From: a bacterium
GTDB lineage: Bacteria; Zhuqueibacterota; Zhuqueibacteria; Oceanimicrobiales; Oceanimicrobiaceae
NCBI GenBank assembly: GCA_046757165.1
Contig: JBHHXT010000147.1
Span: forward strand, 1-12,153
DNA: 12,153 bases
Direction of reading: 5' to 3'
Below are positions 1 to 7,394 of this stretch, piece by piece. The translations under genes were made by a program, and so were the position numbers. Under the pieces are notes generated by a model. The model worked only from the letters and a program-made list of their open reading frames with translations. It did no database searches and was not told where the DNA came from. Positions within the stretch are counted from its first letter, which is position 1, and each line of letters starts with the position of its first letter.

Positions 1-2
1 AA

Positions 3-380
3 GGTATCAGCAAAGAAGATGCAAAGATGTTGCGTAGACAAAAGCTGGTGGAAGGCAGATATCCAAACATTTATGTGGCTTCACATCTGGCCATTTCCAC
101 AGATAAAAAAGCACAATATATAAAAAATCGGGCATTTGATGATGCGCATTACAAAGATTTGGTGATCCAATATCTGAGAAAATACGGGGAAGCATCTCGA
201 CAAGACATAGATGCTTTGTTGATGGATAAACTTTCCAATGTACTTTCCCGTGAACAGAAAGAGAACAAAATCCGCAACCTTTTGCACCAGATGTCTAAAC
301 AAGATAGGAGTATCCGCAACATTGGCGCCGGGCGGCGCTCTATTTGGGTGTTGAATTTAGATAAAAAAGATGTTTCTTAG
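3..380 (+). CDS. C-terminal part (5'-truncated by window edge) of a probable Schlafen/AlbA_2 + HATPase_c_4 ATP-binding protein with winged-helix-like tail
   Basis: Frame is open from nt 3 (GISKEDAKMLRRQ...) to TAG at 378-380. LVEGRYPNIYV...YIKNRAFDDAHYKDLVIQYLRKYGEASRQDIDALLMDKLS...QKENKIRNLL...W resembles the C-terminus of this family as I recall it. The N-terminal domains are outside the window. Confidence 0.7.
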   Translation, partial: GISKEDAKMLRRQKLVEGRYPNIYVASHLAISTDKKAQYIKNRAFDDAHYKDLVIQYLRKYGEASRQDIDALLMDKLSNVLSREQKENKIRNLLHQMSKQDRSIRNIGAGRRSIWVLNLDKKDVS

Positions 381-464
381 ATGTTTTTATTGTTCATAGA
401 AAAACATCTTTCCAGCATTTTCAATGAGTTACAATCAACTACTGTCTGCACAAAAAAGATGTTT
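366..464. repeat. Four copies of AGATGTTT (three direct, one inverted), including a 10-bp inverted repeat
   Basis: AGATGTTT at 368-375, 379-386 and 457-464; AAACATCT at 402-409. 379-388 (AGATGTTTTT) pairs with 400-409 (AAAAACATCT). Confidence 0.6.
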
Positions 465-496
465 ATCAGATAGCCAATCAGAAAAAGAGTTAACCC

Positions 497-2557
497 ATGC
501 ACTTCCGCATCGCCGACACCTTCACCGCCAGCCTGGCGCGGCTGACCAACGAAGAGCAGAAGGCCGTCAAGACCACGGCGTTCGATCTGCAGCTCAATCC
601 GGCGCAGCCGGGGATGAAATTCCATAAGCTGGATCGGGCGAGAGATCCCAATTTCTGCTCGGTGCGGGTGAGCCGGGATCTTCGCCTGATTGTGCACCGA
701 ACTGACGATAGCTTGCTGTTGTGCTATGTAGGGCACCACGACGAGGCCTATCGCTGGGCGGCGCGGCGTAAGCTGGAAACACACCCACAAACCGGCGCGG
801 CGCAACTGGTGGAGATTCGGGAGAGGGTGCAGGAAATCATTGTTCCAAAATATGTGGAGGTCGAACAGCCCAGACCAACACCGTTGCACAACGTTGCTGA
901 TGAGGAATTGCTGCGCTATGGCGTGCCGCTCGAATGGCTGGATGATGTCCGGCAGGCGGATGAAGACAGCCTGCTCGAGGTCGCCGGGCACCTGCCGGCC
1001 GAGGCTGCCGAGGCGGTGCTGAGTCTGGCGGTTGGCGAGAAGCCCGAGCTGGCGCCGACTGTGGCCGCAGGCAGCGATCCCTTTGCCCATCCCGATGCGC
1101 AACGCCGGTTCCGCGTCATGGAAAACCTCGAAGCGCTGCAGCGCGCGCTCGAATTCCCATGGGAGAAATGGAGCATTTTTCTGCATCCGGCGCAGCGGCA
1201 GTTGGTGGAAGGCGATTACAGCGGCCCGGTGCGGATTGCCGGATCAGCAGGCACCGGCAAAACCGTGGTGGCGCTGCACCGTGCCGTGTTCCTGGCGCGC
1301 CGGCATCCCGATGCCCGGGTGCTGCTGGTCACGTTTTCCGATACCTTGGCCAACGCGCTGCGCAACAAGCTGCGGTGCCTGATCAACGGCGAGCCGCGCC
1401 TTGCCGAGCGCCTGGAAGTGCACGCCCTGAATGCGATTGGCCAGCGGCTGTACACCGCGCAATTCGGGCCCGCGAAGATCGTTTCAACACCGGAGGTGCA
1501 GCAGCTTTTGCAGAAGGCGGCCGCTGAAGTCGAAGGGCACAACTTCTCATTGCGCCTGCTGCAGACCGAGTGGGAGCAGGTCGTCGATGCGTGGCAGTTG
1601 AAAACCTGGGACGGCTATCGAGACGTACTGCGATTAGGGCGCAAGACACGATTGTCGGAGGGCCAGCGCCAGGTCTTGTGGTCGGTTTTTACAAAAGTTC
1701 GGACAAAACTCGAGGAACGGGAATGGATAACCCGGGCAGACCTGTTCGGGCGCCTGGCCGCGCGTTTTGGTGAAACCCAGCGCCCGCCTTTCGACTTCAC
1801 CGTTGTGGACGAGGCACAGGATGTTTCGGTCGCCCAGTTGCGGTTTTTTTCGGCGCTCGGTGGCGGCTCGGCAAACGGGCTTTTCTTTACCGGCGATCTC
1901 GGGCAGCGCATTTTCCAGCCACCCTTTTCGTGGAAGGCGCTCGGCATCGAGATCCGCGGGCGCTCCCACATCCTGCGCATCAACTACCGCACCTCGCACC
2001 AGATCCTCATGCAGGCCGATCGGCTGCTGGGCCCCGAGGTCACTGACGTCGATGGCAATGTGGAGGATCGCCGCGGCACGATCTCGGTGTTCAACGGGCC
2101 GCAACCGGTCATCGAGATGCCGGATAGTCCGGAGCGTGAAATCAAAACGGTCGCGGAATGGCTGCAGGCACGCAGCAGTGAAGGCATCGCGCCGCATGAG
2201 ATCGGTATTTTTGTGCGCTCGAGCGCGGAGCTGGATCGCGCCATCGCGGCGGTGAAGCGGGCCGGGCTGCCCCACGCGATGCTCGACGAGAGGGTCGCCC
2301 CCAGCAGCGGGCTGGTCGCGGTTAGCACCATGCACCTGGCCAAAGGGCTGGAGTTCAGAGCCATCGCCGTCATGGCGTGCGACGATGAAGTCATGCCGCT
2401 GCAAGCGCGCATCGAAACCGTGGCTGACGAATCTGACCTGGAAGAAGTCTACACCACCGAGCGGCATCTGCTGTACGTGGCGTGCACGCGGGCGCGGGAT
2501 TTTCTTCTGGTCTCCGGCGTCGAGCCGGCATCGGAGTTTCTGGAGGATTTGCAGTGA
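497..2557 (+). CDS. UvrD/Rep-like superfamily 1 helicase with N-terminal RelE/ParE-like toxin-fold domain
   Basis: SF1 motifs: GSAGTGKT (I), VVDEAQD (II), GDLGQRIF (III), NYRT (IV), STMHLAKGLEF (V), ERHLLYVACTRARD (VI). First ~90 aa show a RelE-type pattern (F...L..L...EQKAV; SVRVSRDLRLIV; LLCYVGHHDEAY). Confidence 0.9.
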   Translation: MHFRIADTFTASLARLTNEEQKAVKTTAFDLQLNPAQPGMKFHKLDRARDPNFCSVRVSRDLRLIVHRTDDSLLLCYVGHHDEAYRWAARRKLETHPQTGAAQLVEIRERVQEIIVPKYVEVEQPRPTPLHNVADEELLRYGVPLEWLDDVRQADEDSLLEVAGHLPAEAAEAVLSLAVGEKPELAPTVAAGSDPFAHPDAQRRFRVMENLEALQRALEFPWEKWSIFLHPAQRQLVEGDYSGPVRIAGSAGTGKTVVALHRAVFLARRHPDARVLLVTFSDTLANALRNKLRCLINGEPRLAERLEVHALNAIGQRLYTAQFGPAKIVSTPEVQQLLQKAAAEVEGHNFSLRLLQTEWEQVVDAWQLKTWDGYRDVLRLGRKTRLSEGQRQVLWSVFTKVRTKLEEREWITRADLFGRLAARFGETQRPPFDFTVVDEAQDVSVAQLRFFSALGGGSANGLFFTGDLGQRIFQPPFSWKALGIEIRGRSHILRINYRTSHQILMQADRLLGPEVTDVDGNVEDRRGTISVFNGPQPVIEMPDSPEREIKTVAEWLQARSSEGIAPHEIGIFVRSSAELDRAIAAVKRAGLPHAMLDERVAPSSGLVAVSTMHLAKGLEFRAIAVMACDDEVMPLQARIETVADESDLEEVYTTERHLLYVACTRARDFLLVSGVEPASEFLEDLQ

Positions 2558-2629
2558 GAGCGTTCGTTCTTGTCACCCGTGTCCGAGCATGTTGTAAATC
2601 TGCATCAAAGACAAGCTCGAGTTTTACCT

Positions 2630-2667
2630 TTGCTTTTGAGGCCCCTTTTTCGTAATTTGTGCACAAA
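2630..2667 (+). promoter_or_regulatory. Putative sigma70 promoter with overlapping 12-bp palindromic operator
   Basis: TTGCTT (2630-2635)-17 bp-TAATTT (2653-2658). Perfect palindrome TTTGTGCACAAA at 2656-2667. AAGGA SD-like sequence precedes ATG 2685. Confidence 0.5.
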
Positions 2668-2684
2668 GAATGAAGGAATGCGGT

Positions 2685-2906
2685 ATGTTCAAGATGGACA
2701 GAAGTAAGGTCGAAAAATTCAACACTCATGAGGAGGCCGAATGGGATGGGTTTGTTGAAGATGCCACACCAGAAGAGAGATTTCTTATGGTGTGAGAACT
2801 GACGAAGACTTTATTTATCTTGCAGGCGGCGAAGGAAGGATCAGATGAACCTGAATTTCTTACCCAGGGATTTCAGAGACATATTATTGATTTTGAAGAA
2901 ATATGA
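2685..2906 (+). pseudogene. Small (~73 aa) partner protein of a nucleotidyltransferase two-gene module, with internal stop
   Basis: Hand translation: MFKMDRSKVEKFNTHEEAEWDGFVEDATPEERFLMV*ELTKTLFILQAAKEGSDEPEFLTQGFQRHIIDFEEI*. In-frame TGA at 2793-2795 lies in a TPEER...(W)EL context typical of small proteins upstream of nucleotidyltransferases. Confidence 0.65.
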
Positions 2907-2979
2907 GGTAAGATATCTGTTCGTGGGCGCCTGGGCTTTGGGCGCACATGGCTTGCCGCGTGCCACAGTTTTCTCTTGA
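2845..2979 (+). pseudogene. Truncated nucleotidyltransferase (DUF6036/MNT-like), N-terminal 44 aa only
   Basis: MNLNFLPRDFRDILLILKKYEVRYLFVGAWALGAHGLPRATVFS* with SD GAAGGAAGGA. Matches the DF..hh..L....V.YhhVG.hAh..HG.PRAT N-terminus but stops just before the expected catalytic D-x-D. Confidence 0.75.
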
Positions 2980-3004
2980 CTCTCAACGATTTATTGACTA
3001 TATT
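2976..3004 (+). promoter_or_regulatory. Sigma70-type promoter for the DUF3098-like gene and tRNA-Asp
   Basis: TTGACT (2976-2981)-17 bp-TATATT (2999-3004); near consensus. Confidence 0.7.
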
Positions 3005-3036
3005 CGATGTCGCATTCATGATGGATGAACAGAAAC

Positions 3037-3273
3037 ATGGCCAAATCAGGACATAGAACCAAAGTCTCGCAGATCGCTTTTACGAAGTCCAACTACCGCC
3101 TCTTCGGTGCCAGCATCGTGGTTTTGCTGATAGGCTATCTGGCCTTGTCTCAGGGCCCGGTCGATGGGTTTCTGTCCTTGACCCTGGCGCCTATCATTCT
3201 GGTTCTGGGGTATTGCGTTCTGATCCCGATCGCCATCATGTATAGCGACAGAAACGGCAAGCCGAAGAAGTAA
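3037..3273 (+). CDS. Small two-TM membrane protein, DUF3098-like (start could be 3025)
   Basis: FTKSNYRLF..IVVLLIGYLALS...SLTLAPIILVLGY pattern with two hydrophobic segments and basic termini. Confidence 0.75.
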   Translation: MAKSGHRTKVSQIAFTKSNYRLFGASIVVLLIGYLALSQGPVDGFLSLTLAPIILVLGYCVLIPIAIMYSDRNGKPKK

Positions 3274-3289
3274 GACTTGCCCTTGAGCA

Positions 3290-3364
3290 GGGACCGTGGT
3301 GTAGCCTGGTTAACACGCCGGCCTGTCAAGCCGGAGATCGCGGGTTCAAATCCCGTCGGTCCCG
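3290..3364 (+). tRNA. tRNA-Asp (GTC); CCA end not fully encoded
   Basis: Acceptor stem GGGACCG/CGGTCCC; anticodon arm CCGGC-CTGTCAA-GCCGG with GTC at 3325-3327; T arm GCGGG-TTCAAAT-CCCGT; discriminator G3364 followed by CCT. Confidence 0.97.
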
Positions 3365-3378
3365 CCTGGTTTTTTTTG

Positions 3379-3415
3379 AAAGCCATTTCATTGCTGCGAT
3401 GGGATGGCTTTTTTT
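3379..3415 (+). terminator. Rho-independent terminator after tRNA-Asp
   Basis: AAAGCCATTTCATTG-CTG-CGATGGGATGGCTTT stem (with G-U pairs) running into a T7 tract. Confidence 0.8.
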
Positions 3416-3436
3416 ATGGCTTGGCGTAAAAATTGG

Positions 3437-3465
3437 TTGTATATTTGTCATTTTGGTTTTATATT
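3437..3465 (+). promoter_or_regulatory. Putative sigma70 promoter for PTS IIA gene
   Basis: TTGTAT (3437-3442)-17 bp-TATATT (3460-3465) in an AT-rich intergenic stretch. Confidence 0.55.
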
Positions 3466-3534
3466 TAACATTTTGTAATTGAGAGCGATAGCAACTTTGC
3501 GAGTGGATGAATCCATAATAGAAGACGACGTGCC

Positions 3535-4005
3535 ATGAAGTTGATGGACATACTGACTGAGGATCGCGTCAAGATCCCATTGGAGAACACCGAGAAAGAC
3601 AAGATCATCGAAGAAATGGTGGGATTGATCGACCAGTCCGCTACGTTGAAAAACAAGGCCCAGATTCTCAAGGCCGTGCTGGATAGAGAGGCTGTCATGA
3701 GCACCGGTGTCGGGGATGAGATTGCCATTCCTCATGGTAAGTCCGAAGGCGTGGATGATATCATCGCCGCTCTGGGGATCACCAAAGAGCCGGTCAACTT
3801 CAACTCGCTCGACAACAAGCCCGTCCGCCTGGTCTGGCTGCTGGTTGGGCCGCAGGACAAAACCGGGCCGCATCTCAAAGCGCTCAGCCGTATCTCCCGA
3901 CTCATGCACCGGAAAGATTTCCGTGAGCGGTTGATTGGCACGGCCGAACCGAAAGATATTCTTGACGTGATCAACTCCGAGGAAGAAAAGTTTTTCCGGA
4001 ACTGA
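3535..4005 (+). CDS. PTS system IIA component (PtsN/fructose-mannitol IIA family)
   Basis: REAVMSTGVGDEIAIPHG with the phosphorylatable His; VNFNSLDNKPVRLVWLL; HLKALSRISRL. Confidence 0.92.
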   Translation: MKLMDILTEDRVKIPLENTEKDKIIEEMVGLIDQSATLKNKAQILKAVLDREAVMSTGVGDEIAIPHGKSEGVDDIIAALGITKEPVNFNSLDNKPVRLVWLLVGPQDKTGPHLKALSRISRLMHRKDFRERLIGTAEPKDILDVINSEEEKFFRN

Positions 4006-4067
4006 ATCGCTTTTGACATCCCCAGAGCTATCTATCGCCTAACACCTCACTTCACTTTTTCAAGGTA

Positions 4068-4856
4068 TTGATTTCTAGAAAGCAGGCAGCGTACTTTTCA
4101 TCCCTGAAAGAAAAAAAGTACCGACAGCGTGAACAGAAATTTCTGGTAGAAGGCGTGCGCCTCTGTGAGGAGTTGTTCGCCTCTGAATTCCTGGTTGAGG
4201 ACGTCGTGTACTGCCGGGCGGCACTATCTTCTGAGCGCGCGCAACGGCTGCTCGATATGTGCCGGAAACAAACTATCGCCGTCGATGAGATTAGCGAAGG
4301 TCTGCTCCGAAAGATTTGCGACACGGTGCAGCCGCAAGGTGTGCTGGCGGTGGCGCAGAAGCCGCGAGCCGGCCTGGAGCAGCTCTTGCCAAGAGGGGCG
4401 CGCAATCTCATTATGCTTGACCACATTCAAGACCCGGGCAATCTCGGAACGATTCTTCGTACCGCCGCCTGGTTCGGCATCGATGGCCTGCTGCTGAGCA
4501 AACATTGTGTTGACTGGAGCAATCCCAAAGCGGTCCGTGCCAGCATGGGCGCCGTGTTTCATGTGCCGGTTCTCGACGATATCGATCTCCCCAACACACT
4601 TCTCTGGTTGCAGGAACAAGGGAGTTCACTCTTTCTGGTCGATGTGGCCGGCGAAACATCGGTGTATGAGGCTGAGTTCGACCGCAAGAACATCTTTCTA
4701 TTCGGAGGGGAAACCCGCGGGGTCCAGGCCTCGGTCAAAAAACTGGCCAAGACTTCATTGAAAATCCCGCGGGCGGGCACCGGCGATTCTTTGAACGTCG
4801 CGGTTGCCGCCGGAGTCATTTTATCTGAATTATCTCGCAGAGGTGATCTTGAGTAA
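4068..4856 (+). CDS. TrmH/SpoU-family RNA 2'-O-methyltransferase
   Basis: SPOUT motifs DHIQDPGNLGTILRTA, FGGETRG, IP...DSLNVAVAAG; N-terminal FLVEG substrate-binding domain; TTG start. Confidence 0.93.
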   Translation: MISRKQAAYFSSLKEKKYRQREQKFLVEGVRLCEELFASEFLVEDVVYCRAALSSERAQRLLDMCRKQTIAVDEISEGLLRKICDTVQPQGVLAVAQKPRAGLEQLLPRGARNLIMLDHIQDPGNLGTILRTAAWFGIDGLLLSKHCVDWSNPKAVRASMGAVFHVPVLDDIDLPNTLLWLQEQGSSLFLVDVAGETSVYEAEFDRKNIFLFGGETRGVQASVKKLAKTSLKIPRAGTGDSLNVAVAAGVILSELSRRGDLE

Positions 4857-5655
4857 TCTTGCTGACCAGGAGCAGCCCCGCCACCCGGCGCTCAAAGAGA
4901 TTTTCCTGCTGATTCTTGTGAGTTTCATCCTGTCGGTTGCGCTCACGTTTTTCTTTAGTAAGACCAAAAGCCTGCAGTTCATCCTGGGAGAGCTATGCTT
5001 GATTATGCCGACGCTGGTCTACCTGGGCGTTCGGAAGTATGATTTCGTGCAAGTGTTGAGATTCGGCACCGTGCGCACCGGCACCATCGCAGCCGCATGT
5101 GTTCTCGGTTTGTCCGTTCCGGTGATCAGTGATGAAATCGATCGCATTGTCGGCCTTGTTGTCAAAACGCCGCCGGAAGTCCAGGCGCTCATTCTAGAAA
5201 CGATGCGCGCCAGGAGCGCGCTCGATTGGATCGGATTGATCCTGGGCGCGGTCATCTTTGCGGGTCTGGTCGAAGAAATGCTCTTTCGCGGCCTGCTGCA
5301 AAGGGCGCTGGAACGGCGCTATGCCTGGCCGTTTGCCATCTTCATGTCTGCGGTTGTCTTCGCGGTGGTCCACCCTATTTTCTGGACCGTCCAGGTGTTC
5401 CTCATCGGCGCCCTGCTAGGGTTCATGGCCTGGCGCTCCCAGAGCATCATTCCAGGAATCGTTTTCCACTGCCTGAACAATCTCTTTTCACTGCTCTATC
5501 TGAACTTCAACCTGGACCAGGTCGGCTGGTACCATTGGTATGGTCATGTCAACCCGACGGTGGTAGCAGTCGCGGCGTGCATCGCGTTTTACGCCCTGAA
5601 ATGGTTTAACCAGCAAACAGAGCCAACCGAAGAGGAAATCTCCCGTTATCTTTGA
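4849..5655 (+). CDS. CPBP (Abi/CAAX type II) intramembrane metalloprotease
   Basis: Motifs EEMLFRG, FAVVH and HCLNN; multiple TM segments. Start placed at TTG 4849 after GAGG, overlapping the upstream stop; exact start uncertain. Confidence 0.88.
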   Translation: MSNLADQEQPRHPALKEIFLLILVSFILSVALTFFFSKTKSLQFILGELCLIMPTLVYLGVRKYDFVQVLRFGTVRTGTIAAACVLGLSVPVISDEIDRIVGLVVKTPPEVQALILETMRARSALDWIGLILGAVIFAGLVEEMLFRGLLQRALERRYAWPFAIFMSAVVFAVVHPIFWTVQVFLIGALLGFMAWRSQSIIPGIVFHCLNNLFSLLYLNFNLDQVGWYHWYGHVNPTVVAVAACIAFYALKWFNQQTEPTEEEISRYL

Positions 5656-5803
5656 TTTTATAACCGATTACACCCGTCTCGACAAAAGTTCACATATGCT
5701 GCCTTTTTCTGTCAGTGTTTCCGCAAAAGTCTCAACTTGTTCATAAGTATACTTTAAATTTGAGCATCTTTGAGCACGACATCCTTGGTTATCCAGAAAC
5801 CCC

Positions 5804-6211
5804 ATGAAAAAAATCCTGATCCTGAATACGGAGCTGGGAACACAAATGCAGATCTATCTGGCCCTTTGTGATGCCTACAAAATCGAGATTGCCGAAGACG
5901 TAGAATCAGTCATGTACTATCTGCGCAAAATGAAACCTGAGATTTTCTTGCTTGACTACAACTTGCAGGAAATCGAACCTGGCGGTAGAAATGGCGCAGA
6001 CCTGGTGAAAAAAATCAAACGCAAGTACAGCCATCTCAAGGTCATGATGATATTGGACACCGAGGACAGGGGATTGGAATCGCAGGCTCACCAGTACGGT
6101 GCGGACGAAGTCCTGTTCAAACCCATCAAAAATCGCAACCTGATTTCCTATGTCAACAGATTGGCGACGACAACCGTTGCAAAGAGCGTCCTTAATCCCA
6201 ACATAACCTAG
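5804..6211 (+). CDS. Stand-alone response-regulator receiver domain protein (atypical)
   Basis: CheY-like pattern KKILIL...PEIFLLDYNL...NGADLVKKIK...GADEVLFKP; no output domain. Confidence 0.85.
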   Translation: MKKILILNTELGTQMQIYLALCDAYKIEIAEDVESVMYYLRKMKPEIFLLDYNLQEIEPGGRNGADLVKKIKRKYSHLKVMMILDTEDRGLESQAHQYGADEVLFKPIKNRNLISYVNRLATTTVAKSVLNPNIT

Positions 6212-6252
6212 CACGACACCTTCGATAACACACCCAACCGGGATTAGGGGGA

Positions 6253-6291
6253 GGCCAGTGTTCGCTTCGTGCGAATGCTGGCCGTTTCTTT
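6253..6291 (+). terminator. Terminator hairpin between convergent receiver and patatin genes
   Basis: GGCCAGTGTTCGC-TTCGT-GCGAATGCTGGCC (13-bp stem with two G-U pairs) followed by GTTTCTTT. Confidence 0.7.
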
Positions 6292-6299
6292 ATTCCAGC

Positions 6300-7394
6300 C
6301 TACTGCTCCTTCACTTTGATTTTGTGTTTTGCAAAGATTCCCTTATATTGGGCAAAGTTCCTTGTCATCTGTGAAATGGTTGTATAGTAGCCGTAGTTGA
6401 GAATGGCCTTGCGGGAATCGTATTCCATCACGCCGTGCAAAAACAAAAATCCTTCCGACTGGTGCGGCTGAATCACGATATAATCGATGTCCGGGTGTTC
6501 TTGCTTGAAGCGCTCGAAGCCGAGCTCGAATCTGGTCTTGGTCTCGATTCGTCGCGCCTGGTCGCTGATGAACCCCATGCCTTTCTCTGACAGCCGGCCG
6601 CAGGTTCCGTCAAAGGTGGGCAAACAGTTCTTGTTCCTATCGTTCTCGATGGGCACGGTCGGATTGATAATCACGATGAGCTTGGCCCCGTTGCGGATGG
6701 CAATATCGACATGCGAGACCTGGCCGGTGGAGCCGTCGATGAAATCCTGCCCGTTGATGCGAACCGGGCGAAAGAAAAGGGGAATGGCGGCAGAAGCCGC
6801 CACGGCTTTGGAAATCGGGACCGTGTCATCATCCTCGCCGAACACCCAGCGCTGGCCGGTGTCCAAATTCGTGGCCGGGATGTACAGCTCCCGTTCCAGA
6901 TTGCGAAAATCGTTTGTTTTGCCTTCCGGATACAGCGCGGCTGCGACAAATTTATCCAGGTTTTTGAGCGAAAAAATGCCAGGCGGAATGAACTCCTGCA
7001 TGATGGAAATCAGGTCCATCAGCGTGGCATGCCGGCGGTTGACCCAGCCGTACCGTATCAAGCTGGGAAGCCTGGTAAACAAGGGCATGATGGAGCGGAC
7101 AAAGTCCGTGAGCGGCAAATTGTAAATGTTCTTGCGTTTGAAGTTAGGGGGCGAGTTCTTGTCTTCCAGGATAACATCGAACAGCTCCCGCGGTGTGTAG
7201 CCATTGGCGATCAGTGCGGAAACGATGGCCCCGGCGCTGATGCCGACAAAGATATCGAACTGATTGACGGTGTGTGGTTCTGCCAGAGAATCATCCACCG
7301 CCTTCAGACAGCCAATTTCAAACATCGAGCCGGTAATACCGCCGCCCGCCAGACAGAGGGCGACTTTATTCCCTTTCGCAACCGGTTTGACCAT
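6300..7394 (-). CDS. Patatin-like phospholipase/esterase
   Basis: Glycine-rich LAGGGITG, nucleophile elbow [16 protein letters not shown], catalytic Asp in FIDGS. Confidence 0.9.
   Translation of the reverse strand: MVKPVAKGNKVALCLAGGGITGSMFEIGCLKAVDDSLAEPHTVNQFDIFVGISAGAIVSALIANGYTPRELFDVILEDKNSPPNFKRKNIYNLPLTDFVRSIMPLFTRLPSLIRYGWVNRRHATLMDLISIMQEFIPPGIFSLKNLDKFVAAALYPEGKTNDFRNLERELYIPATNLDTGQRWVFGEDDDTVPISKAVAASAAIPLFFRPVRINGQDFIDGSTGQVSHVDIAIRNGAKLIVIINPTVPIENDRNKNCLPTFDGTCGRLSEKGMGFISDQARRIETKTRFELGFERFKQEHPDIDYIVIQPHQSEGFLFLHGVMEYDSRKAILNYGYYTTISQMTRNFAQYKGIFAKHKIKVKEQ

Noticed and set aside
424..627. 67-aa + ORF overlapping the helicase start as a candidate antitoxin
   Set aside because: Mostly an out-of-frame overlap with the helicase; no SD and no RHH/HTH/Phd pattern.
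377..1186. 269-aa minus-strand ORF (and 1634-2467) as a possible antitoxin
   Set aside because: Antisense shadows of the helicase gene with no domain-like features.
2793..2795. In-frame TGA as recoded Trp/Gly or selenocysteine
   Set aside because: TGA terminates the helicase, PTS IIA, CPBP and rnhA genes in this window. No Cys-like redox context is present, and the partner gene is also broken.
3290..3364. tRNA-Asp as integration site of the left-hand island
   Set aside because: No duplicated tRNA end or integrase is visible, and a core gene lies between the tRNA and the accessory DNA.
6300..7394. Patatin as CBASS CapV effector, or CPBP protein as abortive-infection gene
   Set aside because: No CD-NTase or other defence genes are adjacent; both sit in housekeeping context.
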